DNA of 64,000 bases. Source: Octopus sinensis (taxonomy: Eukaryota). Position numbers and translations under genes: made by a program. Shown one piece after another: positions 37,095 through 49,162 of this stretch (position 1 is the first letter of the stretch; each line of letters begins with the position of its first letter). A model generated the notes under the pieces. It saw only the letters and a program-made list of their open reading frames with translations, did not search any database and was not told the DNA's origin. Where the stretch lies: assembly GCF_006345805.1 (NCBI RefSeq), contig NC_042997.1, positions 169,198,001 to 169,262,000 on the forward strand. Direction: 5' to 3'.

Positions 37095-37430
37095 TGTCCC
37101 TGTTTCACCTACTCCGCATTGTCCTTACCTTTGAAACGCGGAGTAGATGAAACAGGGACAACTGAAAAAGGGAATATTCGTTGTTTGAAAAAAAGTTCGT
37201 TTCTATGTTTTTGTTTTTATGTTTTCGTTTCTCATTGTGTTCAACGTTTTTTTGATGTCCTGTACCCATATATGCATGTATATATACATATATATGTAGC
37301 TATGTACATATAAGCATGTATATATGCATATATTTATATATTATTTATATTATTATATGATCGAATGCCACGCATCCTTTTCCAAGTGTGTATATATATA
37401 TGTATGTATATCTTCAGGTGGCATATCTCT
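37095..37430 (-). repeat. Small element with a 23-bp-stem hairpin (37095..37160) and a decayed HHR-like motif (37365..37424)
   Basis: tgtccctgtttcacctactccgc-20 nt-gcggagtagatgaaacagggaca; minus strand AUGCCAC-CUGAAGA...GAAA...GUGGCAU. Confidence 0.55.
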
Positions 37431-38531
37431 AGGCATTAGTAATCATGGATCTTCATACTAAAGTCTGAAGATTCTGATTTTTCTTGGGAAACATGGTCTC
37501 CCATAGACTTCTGCCAGTTTACTTACAGTTTATTTTGCTAGTCTCCTCCACCCTGGAGCTCATCCTTGTGACACTGGGCCTGTTTAATGGAAGCAGGAGT
37601 GGCTCAGGAGATATCAAGACATGTCCATGGAAGCTCATCTATATGACATGTCTTGGAGCCAGCACTCTTCTGAGACTTGTATGTTTTAGCCATGGGACCA
37701 TCTTCTGCTATTTGATTCATAACAGGGACCCTTGAAAGGTAGCAAAACCCCAGGCCACAGAAAACCTGGGAGTTGCAGTGATGAAGTAACTCCTTTTCTC
37801 TCAAACTCCTGAACTTTCAAATAAGAATTACATCATCAAATGTGATTTAATGTCTTGCTCTGAGCCACACAGATATACTCTTACTCTTTTACTTGTTTCA
37901 GTCATTTGACTGCGGCCATGCTAGAGCACCACCTTTAGTCGAGTAAATTGACCCCAGGGTTTATTCTTTGTAAGCCTAGTACTTATTCTATCGGACACTT
38001 TTGCCGAACCGCTAAGTTACAGGAACGTAAACACACTAGCTTCGGTTGTCAAGCGATGTTGGGGGGACAAACACAGACACACATACATATGTATACATAT
38101 ACATATACATGACAGGCTTATTTCAGTTTCCGTCTACCAAATCCACTCACAAGGCTTTGGTCGGCCCGAGGCTATAGTAGAAGATCACTTGCCCAAGGTG
38201 CCACGCAGTGAGACTGAACCTAGAACCATGTGGTTGGTAAGCAAGCTACTTACCACACAGCCACTCCTGTGCCTATATTATAATTAAAACTGACTCTTCA
38301 ACTAACCAGATTCCAACTATCTCTTTACGTTTCATTTGATCTTCTTAATTTATTAGTTTATTTATCACAGTTACTGGATGTGTAGATATGGTGTTTACTT
38401 CATAACATGGTTTTGAATTTTATCTCACTGGGTGACATTCTGAGCAAGACTCCTCTTGTGTAACCTAGAGCCGACCAATACTATGTAAGGGGAATTGGAA
38501 CCTGGAAATTGTACGGAAGCCTGATGTGTAT

Positions 38532-38562
<31 letters not shown>

Positions 38563-39604
38563 AGCATTGAGTATGCTTGTAGGTAATGTGCATAAATATT
38601 GATATAAATATGAAATGCATATTGGTATGCATTCGAAGATCGGTAAAAAATTTCCTATTTGGGAAACAGGTAGCGGCTGTTTCTAGCCTGGAAAAAGGGT
38701 GTAAAACAAATGTAAATAAAGAAAAAACAAGTACTTCTGCAATTTGTACAATTCAATATGTCGTGCACCATCATTTATGTTCTGAATTATCTAATAAATA
38801 CATTGAAAACCATAAAAGAAATGTTCACTTGTCTTCACATTTCAATGCATTGCATTTCAGAATTTATGAGTAATGATGAAGCTACTTGAGTTTAGTCCCT
38901 TGTCAGTCCCAATCAAACCAGAATATGGTTAAAATGTTCCAGGTGTGTTGTCCTTTGTTTTTTTATAACAGGGGCATCATAGTCAAATCTAAGAGCCAGT
39001 AGCTCTTTTCTTTTTCTAAGACAGCAGGGTGTGATTTGAAAGTAAATTTGGCTACTATTTCTAGTAGAATGAGTAACGAAGCAGAGTCTCTCTTACTGGC
39101 ACATTTATAATAAAAACTCTTGATGTAGAAAAACTGTTCTGAGACTATATACCCAGTTCTAAACTTTTTAAACTCACCTAATTATTTTCAGTCTTGAGAA
39201 AGATAAATGTAGAATAAGTAGAGAAAATTATGAAATTTATAAATTGCAAATGTTAGTAAGATATTTTTTAATTCTCTAATGATCCAAACAAAGTGATGGG
39301 TATAGAAATATATACAGATTCTTATAGAAATGATTACTACCCTTTAAGGACTACAGTAGGGACAGGAGTAACTATATATATTGTAAGAAGTTTGCTTCTG
39401 AATCCCATGATTCTGAGATCAACAGAGAATATTGACTATATACGAATGATAGCCATGAGTTGAAAAATAAAATTTGCAAATGGATACAAGTCCTTATTGT
39501 CGTTTCCAAATGTTAACATTTTTATTAAAGTAACAAAATAAGCCATAAAAAATTGTAAATTCTTCAAAGGAAATTTTCTTAGAATACAGAAGTTAAGAAC
39601 CTAC

Positions 39605-39676
39605 CATCACGTTCTCTTTCCATCCGCATCTTTTTCAATGCAACAATTGCATCAGACCTTATGTCTCGTGCACGAT
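39605..39676 (-). CDS. CDK10: CDK10 coding exon 3 (Y-RARDIRSDAIVALKKMRMERERD-G)
   Basis: 72 bp, AG/GT, phase-consistent; catalytic lysine in VALKK. Confidence 0.96.
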
Positions 39677-39777
39677 CTAAAATATCCATGGAATATCATA
39701 TTAACATCTATGAATTTCCTTCAGAGTTCAAACCTCCCATGAATAAAACAACCTCATCCAACTTTAGTTAGTTAGAG

Positions 39778-40361
39778 AGTGTAGTGCTGTCAGCAGCGAT
39801 TTGCGTTGGACAAAACACATCGCTAAGAAGGCTGAGGGTGTGTTGGCATCACTCACCAAGTCCTTTGTGAGCCGCTCTCCGGCTATCTATCCGCGGCTTT
39901 ATATAGCTATGGTGCGACCTCACCTGGAATTTGCATCACCGGTCTGGGTCCCTATCTTGGCAGACACCCATAAAATTATTAACCATCTTACAAACAATAA
40001 CTCTGAGCACCTTTTCAAACCCCACCTCTCAAACACCCATGGACATGTTTACAAAGTCAGAAAACAGCACAGCTCCCATGACTTTCAGAAACATTTTTTC
40101 ACACTAAGAGTTGCTGAAGCATGGAACAGACTGCCGGTATCAGTTGTTAGTTGTCGGAGCACTGCATCCTTCAAAACTTCCATGCTTCCTGAGATTCACC
40201 AACACTACACCTGATTTTCTCCCCTCCATACACACACAAGCATGTATCTGACTCATACATTGTTCGCTTTCCAGACATTTGTACATTACTGCATATACTT
40301 TACACGCACTTTTTGACAAGTTGTTGTGCACCTGAGCACTGTATACAATAATTTCATTATA
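39778..40361 (+). mobile_element. CR1-clade LINE 3' end with an internal deletion; second copy at 61617..61893(-)
   Basis: YIAMVRPHLEFASPVW..HGHVYKVRK..FFTLRVAEAWNRLP; 3'UTR ending gtatacaataatttcattat in both copies. Confidence 0.9.
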
Positions 40362-40658
40362 TAAAGAAGGCTGCATTCTCTACACTAAGTTATTGTATTC
40401 TTATTTCTAATATATTTTGATCCAATGTATTCTTGTGCTGAGTCTCATAATGATGCAATTTCTCTGAGAAAGTCAGAACAAATCAAATCATGTACAATAT
40501 TTTTCCTATGTTTATAAAGTATACAATACAGTAACTTCTTTGTTTATGTTTAGAAGCTTAATGTAGAAGCTTTGAGAAATATGTAATTAACTGTTTTTAT
40601 TAACTTCTTTGTACTTAATTTGTTTATAAGCCATAAAAAGTGAAAACATGAAACTTAC

Positions 40659-40731
40659 AAACAATGCCATATGTCCCTTCTCCAACTCGATTCAGCTTTT
40701 CAAAATCTGTAACACTTCGACATCTACCAAG
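40659..40731 (-). CDS. CDK10: CDK10 coding exon 2 (LGRCRSVTDFEKLNRVGEGTYGIV)
   Basis: 73 bp, AG/GTAAGT; glycine-rich loop GEGTYG; LGRCRSV motif typical of CDK10. Confidence 0.96.
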
Positions 40732-40829
40732 CTTTATAAAAAAATATAATAAAAATTAAATAACAATGAAAGATGTTTCTATGATGTTTCTTAAAAAATG
40801 TCAAAATTTATGTTTTCTTATTCTATATG

Positions 40830-41100
40830 TTTGAGATGAGGAATTATCTACATTATTTACAATGGACAGAGGTGTCCTCATCTTGTTTGTTGTTATCACA
40901 ACATTTCAGCTGATGTACTCTCCAGCCTTCATCAGGTGTTCTGGTGGGATTTCAAACCTAACCCTTTATTTGACTAATGGGGTACACTTTTCTCATTCCT
41001 AAGGTATGTTGCTGATGTTATTTTTCTGTTGATATTATTTTTCAAGTCTCTGCCGGAGATTGAACTTAGAATCTTGTCCACTACACTATATACCCATGGG
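40830..41100 (-). mobile_element. tRNA-headed SINE with 3' HHR-like motif (left copy)
   Basis: A box 41088..41078, B box 41065..41057, HHR core 40940..40895 with GAAA intact. Confidence 0.75.
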
Positions 41101-41304
41101 CAATTATAGAGTGAATTTTAGGGCTTATAAACCTAGTATTTTATCTTTTCTTAACACTGGTCCCCATATTACATTTATATCTGCACTAGGTCTGCTTAGG
41201 AGGTTATTGTGTCCTAGCATATGTGCAGCCTCTTTTAATTTCCCACTGTGGGAATAAGTTAAAATAACTGACAGAGAACATCAATGGAAAATACAAAAAT
41301 TAAT

Positions 41305-41560
41305 GCCTATGGGCATATAGCGTAGTGGATAAGAGTGTGGAATACTAACTCTTGGGTTCTAAGTTCAATCCCAGGCAAAGACTTGAAAAATAAAATCAGC
41401 AACATAAATTAGGAATGACAACAATGTACCCCATTAGTCAAATAAAGGGTTGGGTTCGAAATTCCACCAGAACACCTGATGAAGGCTGGAGAGTACATCA
41501 GCCAAAATGTTGTGATAACAACAAACAAGATGAGGACAACTATCTGTCCATTGTAAATAA
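41305..41560 (+). mobile_element. tRNA-headed SINE with 3' HHR-like motif (right copy)
   Basis: A box TAGCGTAGTGG 41318..41328, B box GTTCAATCC 41363..41371, HHR core 41471..41516 with G12 changed to A. Confidence 0.75.
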
Positions 41561-42547
41561 CATACGTTCTCTTTACATTTTTTTTATTACAATCCTTTTG
41601 ATTTAACAGAAAAAAAAATTATAACAAAAACTTTTTAATGAATTCAATCAAGCAAAACAACACTTTCAAAATGTTTTTAAAGTTAATTTGTTAGCAAAAG
41701 GTACCAGAAAAGAAATTTTCATCCTGCAGTTATGGCTACAGGCTAGTCATAGAAACAAGTAAACAATAAAAATGCAAAAGAAAAAAAATTGTAGGAGCCA
41801 CTTACAGAAAATTTTAAGTTCAGCCATATATGGGGGGGCGGGGTGAATATTGAAAGTTAGCTACATAATTACATTATTTTAATAATTAAAATGAATAAAA
41901 TGGGGAAAAGAGAATAACAAGGGATTGTTATGTGTAAAAAAATTATTAAAATAGAGACCTGTGCCAGTGGCACGTAAAAAACACCCACTACACTCACGGA
42001 GTGGTTGGTGTTAGGAAGGGTATCCAGCTGTAGAAACACTGCCAGATCAGACTGGAGCCTGGTGCAGCCTCCTGGCTTCCCAGACCCCGGTCAAACCGTG
42101 CAACCCGTGCTAGCACGGAAAACAAACATTAAATGATGATGATGATGAGAGAGAAAAGTTGCAGTTCATTAATGACAGTTCAACAATACAGAGAATTGAT
42201 ATCAGTTAGACATGTTCTTGAGGTTAAGAAGTTAGCTTTGCAAAAATGTGGTTCCCACTACTTGGGTTAGTTCCATTATGTGGCACCTTGAGCAAGCATC
42301 TACTATAAGCTTAATATAATACAGTTTAAAATATTAATGCATATTACACTCACGGAGTGGTTGGCGTTAGGAAGGGCATCCAGCCGTAGAAACACTGCCA
42401 GATTTGACTGGGCCTGATGAAGCCTTCTGGCTTCACAGACCCCAGTAGAACCGTCCAACCCATGCTAGCATGGAAAACGGACGCTAAACGATGATGATGA
42501 TGATGATGAAGAGAAAAGGAAAATAATTAGATCAAATAGAATATTAC

Positions 42548-42631
42548 CCTTGCTTTTTCTGGAATTTCTATCAAGTCTCCAGTCAGGAATGAATAAAAAA
42601 AATCATTCCTCTCAGGTCTTTTATCATTCAT
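42548..42631 (-). CDS. CDK10: CDK10 coding exon 1 (MNDKRPERNDFFYSFLTGDLIEIPEKAR)
   Basis: ATG at 42631; acceptor tctctcAG at 42665; donor GTaata at 42547; phase 0 into the LGRCRSV exon; resembles the CDK10 N-terminal segment preceding LGRCR. Confidence 0.8.
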
Positions 42632-43364
42632 TTTTATCCACTGGTTGCAGCTAGATTATGGCACCTGAGAGAAATAAATAGATGAGAGCTAAATTTCAGA
42701 GATAGTCAAGTCATCTAAAAATATTACTTTTACATCATTTGACATTATACAGAATGTATTCAAAATTTACAAAGTGGAGTTAATTTACAGAGAAGCCTGA
42801 TGATTCAGGGAAGGCCCTTCATTGTGAGCTGATTGTAATTACTGTTTATTGATACAGACTATCTCTAGTTCTCTTGGATTTTAATATCTTACTTTCACAT
42901 TTTGAATTTAATCAGCGAGTTACTCATGTAAAAACAGTCACAAAGATAAGAGAATTTTTTTCATTTATAGAATAATTTCATTGCTGAATGCTAATTTAGT
43001 ATAGAGAAATTAGTTTTTAAAGAATTCTTGTGTAAGGAGGCAAAACGTGTAATTTCAATCCAAAATTTGATTTGTTTTGTTTCAAAAAGAAACTGGTTTC
43101 ATTTATCCATATTATTTATTGCATAGCTTCCAGGAATTTTTTAATCCTATTGTTGACTAAGTATACCAATATAATGACAATAAACGGATGTAAGAGAATT
43201 ATGAGGAAGAAAGCTCAAATCTTGTGGAACACAGAATCTCGTGGTTTTGATAATATTCTAGATCCAAAGGAGAGGACTAATGTAGCTTGGAAATTAATCA
43301 ACTTTAGATGTAACAGAACTGACAGATGTGCTGTTCATTCAAATCAAATTAGTTTCTGATATCA

Positions 43365-43637
43365 CGGTATTGACCAGACTATCGAATGTTGCTTATATCG
43401 CCCGTCGCAATGCGTTTCGAATTGTTTCAGCGTTCGAACAACGCCAACCCGCTGGCTATGCGAACAGGCCAACACTTACTGTAATTAGAAAGCTATTCCG
43501 TCAGCCGAGTGGACTGAAGCAACGGGATATTAAGTGTTTTGCTCAAGAACACAAAGCACCGCCCAGTCCGGGAATCGAACCCATAATGATCTAGCCATCG
43601 TGAGTGCAATAACCTAACCACTAGGCTACACGCCTTT
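43365..43637 (-). mobile_element. tRNA-derived SINE with a CORE-like central domain; related copies at about 44915..45250(+) and 57812..58070(+)
   Basis: tagcctagtggtt..gggttcgattcc head; gtgttcttgagcaaaacactt..cagtccactc resembles the CORE-SINE central domain. Confidence 0.7.
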
Positions 43638-44280
43638 GCAGTTACTAATATAATACCTCTTAATAAGAAAATAACAATCGTTAATATGTTGTCAACATAG
43701 TTGGAGACATCAGGGTAGTAAAAATGTGAAGCAGACGATAGGGAATGTAACTAGATAAGTGTTTGTTAAACGGTGCGCAGCATGGGTATCTAGTTGCACG
43801 TTTTAAACAAATATAAAGGCATTAGAAAACAAATACTAATAAAAAAGAAGCGATTCACAAGTATGATTGGCAATATTTTCAGAAATATGCACCTATAACC
43901 AAAGATCACCGCTTGACTAATAAAACAAGGAAAATAAATAGCTTTGCCTTTACTTCTTCGAGGTTGAAAAATGAGGAAGTGAATTCTGGAGCTGAATTTT
44001 CCCGAGTAACTTTATTGTAATGAGAATACAATGATTATTGATGACAAAACATAAAGACAACAGTTTTGGAGGTAGAAAGCGAGAAACAATTCCGACAGGA
44101 AATTAAAATTTGGATGAGGGAATCTATCAGTGACAATTTTAAGATGTAAATATTAGGAAATTTAAAATATGAGCTTCGAAATGTACGTATATTTTGTCCC
44201 TAACCTTACAGATAATTCATAGACATGCTTAAACCAACTGAATTATCACAGTGCACTAATAACACCACAAATACACAAAC

Positions 44281-44370
44281 CTTCGGAAGAAAACGAACTT
44301 TCTTTCCAGTAAAACATTTTCTCTTCTAACATTGTGCAGAAGTCATTTGGAATTATCCCCCTTCGCAAGT
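44281..44370 (-). other. CDK10: Putative non-coding first exon (5'UTR) of CDK10; upstream boundary approximate
   Basis: ccgaag/GTttgt donor at 44280; locally CpG-richer region; coding exon 1 begins with a splice acceptor, so an upstream exon is required. Confidence 0.35.
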
Positions 44371-45341
44371 GATAGCTTTAAAAATCCCCTGTGAATATAT
44401 TTACCTGTTTTTTTTCCTGTATGACTGGCCAAGGGCAACCAATAAATTTTTAGAGTTTAAATTTGCTCCCAACCTATATAGAATTCTTTTTTTAAATGTC
44501 TACAGTATTTTTAAATGCTGCTATCAGCTCCTTATCTGGTTCACCCGAATATATCCATTACTGGTGGCTCAGGAAGTTTAAGCATTTGAAAATAAATTAT
44601 TGAAAATTTCACCAAATTTACAAATTATTTCTGAACAGGTAAAGAGTAACTAAATTTCTGAGTGAATAGTTAGTAAATGGTTTTGCTCAAAATGTTATGT
44701 AATAAAAGGCAAGAAACTAGTATAGGTTTAGTATATGAAATTAGAATAAGTTTTAGTAACTATTATTTATATGAAGTAAATATAAGACTCCGGCATATTG
44801 GGTAAGGGAATAATTTTAATTTATAAGAAAGGTAGAAGCTAGGTGAGTTATTATGTTTTTATTTAGCTCAAGTCAACCACGACTGAACAAACTACAACGT
44901 CCCATCCTTTTCTCAAATGGCTGTGGTTAGAGCGCTGAGCTCACAATCATGAGGCAGCAAGTTTGATTCCCAGACCGGGCTATGTGTTGTGTTCTTGGGC
45001 AAGACACTTTATTTTACATTGCTCCAGTTCACTCTGCTGTAGAAATGAGTTGCAACATCATCGGTGCCAAGCTGTAGTGGTGTTTACCTTTCTCTTGGAT
45101 AACATTGGTGGCATGGATTGGTGAGGCTGGTATGCATGGGCGACTGCTGGTCTTCCTTAAACAACCATACCTGGACTTGTGCCTCTGAGGGTAACTTTCT
45201 AGGTGCAGTGCCATGGTCATTCATGACCAGAGGGAGTTTTTACCCTTTACCCAAGAAGACCAATGTTTTGAGATGCAGTTTTTCTATGAATTGTTTGTAG
45301 CAAATCATAATTTATGACAGTGTCATGAGACTCAGCATCTA

Positions 45342-45862
45342 CCGTAAATCCTCGTGTATAATCCACATTTTTCCCCCAAAATTTAAAGGTCAAAATCACT
45401 AGTGCGTATTATATACGAGGTTAAAAATGAAAAATATTTTCTAAGCAATGTCCAAGTCTCTATTTGCTGTCCGGCAATGTTTATTCAGACGCATTTTGTG
45501 ATGTCGGACGCAAAAATACCTTAAGCTAAGCCTGAAAGCAATGAAGTCATAAAAGAATTATCCATAACTTGCAGTAAGCAACATTTATTAAAATAAAAGT
45601 ATTCAGAACACAGAATAACATATAACAAAAACAATTTGCAAACATATTTACATTCCCATATAACAGTTAAGAACATCACCATTGTTGTATTACGCATGCA
45701 CAGAAGTGTTTGTTTGACTAGGTGCTGCTGGCTTCATTACGTACGACTCAAGTTAGCGAAGGGGTGCATATTATACACAAGGTTTAGGTTTTTCAGAAGT
45801 ACAGCCCCTAAAAATCCCCTGCTTATTATACTCAAGGGCGGACTATATTCGAGGATTTACGG
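45342..45862. mobile_element. Young Tc1/mariner-superfamily (Tc2/pogo-like TIR) MITE with TA TSD
   Basis: TA|CCGTAAATCCTCG ... CGAGGATTTACGG|TA, perfect 13-bp TIR, CpGs retained. Confidence 0.88.
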
Positions 45863-47261
45863 TATATCTTCTCTGGGACAGAATATAAAAAGTTGTAAAC
45901 AACAAAATCTGAATAGTTTCATGTAAAGGATAATCTGATTATGGACAATAAAGACACAATAATGAGTTACTCTTCCCCAAGGCTGTCAACACTTCTGTAC
46001 CCTACAAAACCAATGATGTTGAAGTTCATAATCATTTTAACATCCACTTTTCCATGTTTGCATGTCAGATTTCTATGACTGGATGCCCTTCCTGTTGCCA
46101 ACTCTTGCCTATTTCTAAACAAGATAATATTTCCTCACTGCTAGACATGTTTTCACAGAATATTGGAAATAAATGGCACTGCTTGTATGACAGTGACATT
46201 CATTTACAACTATAATGCAATGTCAAGAAAAGGAGATACAAACATACATACACAAAAATATACACACGTAATACAAGTTCCATTCAGTTTCTTTCCACCA
46301 AATCCACTCACATGACTTTGGTCAACCTGGGGCTCAGGTTTATACTAGAAGACTCTTGTGCAGGGTGCCATGCAGTAGGACTGAACCCAAAACCATATAG
46401 TTGGGAAACAAACTTCTTGACCACACAGCCATACCTGCACGTATATTATGTAATCAAGTTTTCATGTATTGTATGAGAAACGTTTATAACAAATTTTTTT
46501 CTTCTTAATATCTTGATAACATTAAGACCAAAAGTTGCCATTTGACCCAAAGTTACTCCTGATTGGGTAGGGTACAATTATGATCAAAGCATTGCAGCGG
46601 TGACCATCACATCTTTTTTCTTAATGCAATACATTATCCACTGTGCCCTTCCTTTTGTTTAAGATGGTAGAGTGTAATCAGTAAGATCTGGCTGCTCTTT
46701 GTGGCAGACTGAGTAACCACATAGAAGCTTTTCTTCTTGATTCATTAAAGATGCATAGTCTGTGGCATTGTTATGACTAAGATAGGGACAATTCTGATTA
46801 TAAAAATATTGATGATATTTAGTTATGAAAATAAAATAGAGATAATAAGGGAAAGTAAAAAGAGATAAAAGAAATATTTGTTAAAGCTAAAGCAATGATA
46901 ATATATTGGCTTCAAATTTTGACACAAGGCCAGCAATTTCGGGGGAGGGGGTAAGCCAGCTACATTGTTTCCAGTGCTCAATTGATACTTATTTTATTGA
47001 GTCTGAAAGGATGAATGGCAAAGTCAACATTATTGGAATTTGAACTTGAAAAGTAAAAATGAACAAAATATCACTAAGCATTTTGTTTGCCATGGTAACG
47101 ATTCTGCTAGTTTATATCAGGAACTGAATATATGAGTTAATCAGTATGTGGTATAATAAGAGGCTAGGGCTTAAAGATGAAATGGAAGAAATTTAGGACA
47201 AATATTTGGGACCAACCTACATCTTGTATTTATCAGAATCAAACTATTAATCTATTGGTCA

Positions 47262-47480
47262 CTCTCCAACAGGTTTACAGTTGAGCCTGTGGCAGTGGAG
47301 ACCTCCAGCATTTTTGGCTCCTGGACTATATCCCAGCTCACAGTTATTGAGATGAAAACGGCTGTCTGCAAATGCAAGGCCCATGAGTCAAAGTGGCTGT
47401 TCCAGCACAACTCCCTTGCCATTCTCCAGGGCAACGCCTTTTTCATTTTGTTTGCTGGGACCATGAGAAATGTTTCTTGA
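47262..47480 (+). mobile_element. C-terminal restriction-like-endonuclease remnant of a CRE/HERO-type non-LTR retrotransposon
   Basis: FTVEPVAVETSSIFG..ESKWLFQHNSLAILQGNAFFIL resembles F.P.AVET.G..G..RE..WL.QR.SLA.QRGNA..IL. Confidence 0.6.
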
Positions 47481-49075
47481 GATTTGTCAAAAATTGCAAA
47501 AAAAAAAGCCTCCTTTGTCAACAAAATCTAAACCACACCACAAAATAAAGAACCCAGTTCAATGTTTCCTCTTGACATAATTAAGTTTTTTTTTCATTTT
47601 GCTAATAGCTTTTCTTCTCAGTAACAGCTTTGATCCATTAAAACAAATCCAGGTTGAATTCTATCACATACAACTATTCTTCACAATGTTAATTATGCTT
47701 TTTGTTCTGTTATCTCTAGTTCTTAGTCTATAAGCTGTATTTACTAGTAATTAACTTTCTCTTATGTGCCAGTTTTACTGTTGTAGCTTTAACAGGAAAT
47801 GATAAGAAATCACCTTCCCACACAATCTAATTAGTTCAAACAAGTAATACATGCCACCAGTCTATGCACCAATGTTATCTGTTACTTGTTTCAGACATTA
47901 GACTGCGGCCATACTGGTGCACTGCTTCAAAGAATCTTTAGTCAAATGAATTGAACCAAGTACATTTTTTTAAAAACCTGTAACTTATTCTATCAACCTC
48001 TTTCACCGAACTGCTAAGTTATGGGGACAAACACAGACATAAAGATATACATACACATGTATATATGTATCTATATCTACCAAATCCACTCACACTGCTT
48101 TGGTCGGCCCAAGGCTACAGTGGAAGACACTTACCAAAGGTACTACGCAGTGGGACTGAACCCAGAACCAAGCTTCTTACCACACAGCCATGCCTGTACA
48201 TGTACAATACTGTTACAAGTTGAATCTTTTCTAGATAGCATAAGTCTGCTACCTTTCTGTCTCACACACATGAATAATACAAATGTAAAATATCCAAGCA
48301 TTGCCTATCATTTCAGTTTGTGAGATTACCTGAAATATTCTCTAACAAATCGAGTTTCAGATTTTATAAAACTTTAAAATAATATTTGGTAACTTTTAGC
48401 TTCTTCATGCCCAATTCCCAGTTGAGGCTGTTAAATTGCTTTTCACTCGAATGTCATAGTGAAAATCTATAAAATTCACTGTTCTTTTAAAAATCTTATT
48501 ATCAATCCAGAAGAGACATATACACTAATATAGTTTCATATATATAATGGATGTACAGGCAAATTCACATACATTGATGAAGTGATATTGCTAAATTAAT
48601 GCAAGCCAGAAGGAATCAATCAAATTTAAACACATTACATCATCATCAACATTATCTAACGTTCATTTTCCATGCTGCCACAAAAAAAAAATGAAAATAC
48701 CAAAAGAAAAAAATTGAGCAAGGTTCTTTAGATATGGTTGAATGGGTGATGTGTGTTTTTTAAAACACTGACAATATCAGGATTGGTAAAATGTTTTTGA
48801 TAAATCCAAGATGTAGGTAGGTCCCAATATACAAGCAAATCACAAAAACTGTAAAACTGAAAAAAAAAAAGAAAACAAAAACTAAAATGTAGAAATATTA
48901 TTTTATTCGTTTACTCTTTTAGCAGCATTAGTTCAAGAGCTGCACCATGCTGAGGCACTGCTGTTGTTGAGGAAATATTTTTATTAGATACTTTAAAATG
49001 TAAGTAAGCTAAAGTTTCTTTCCAATGATTATTTCTCAACCAGCCAATGAGGAAATCACATTTAAAAGCATTGGT

Positions 49076-49162
49076 TTAAACAGACAAAACTACACTCCCT
49101 TTCATGGTAGAAGAATAAGGTTTCAAAGCAGGCTCCACCTCTTTTGTAATAAATTTCATAAC
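49076..49162 (-). CDS. ADSL: ADSL exon 13, terminal (VMKFITKEVEPALKPYSSTMKGSVVLSV*)
   Basis: ttccAG acceptor; TAA at 49078..49076; AATAAA signals downstream on the minus strand (about 48980 and 48900). Confidence 0.93.
   Translation of the reverse strand, partial: VMKFITKEVEPALKPYSSTMKGSVVLSV

Noticed and set aside
37484-37804. GC-richer segment with two short ORFs; also 34660..35020 and 22505..22830
   Set aside because: Probably old TE fragments, but I could not assign a family or protein motif.
44169-44190. Plus-strand ATG followed by a GTACGT donor, suggesting a divergent gene
   Set aside because: No downstream plus-strand exons found in 44200..49000.
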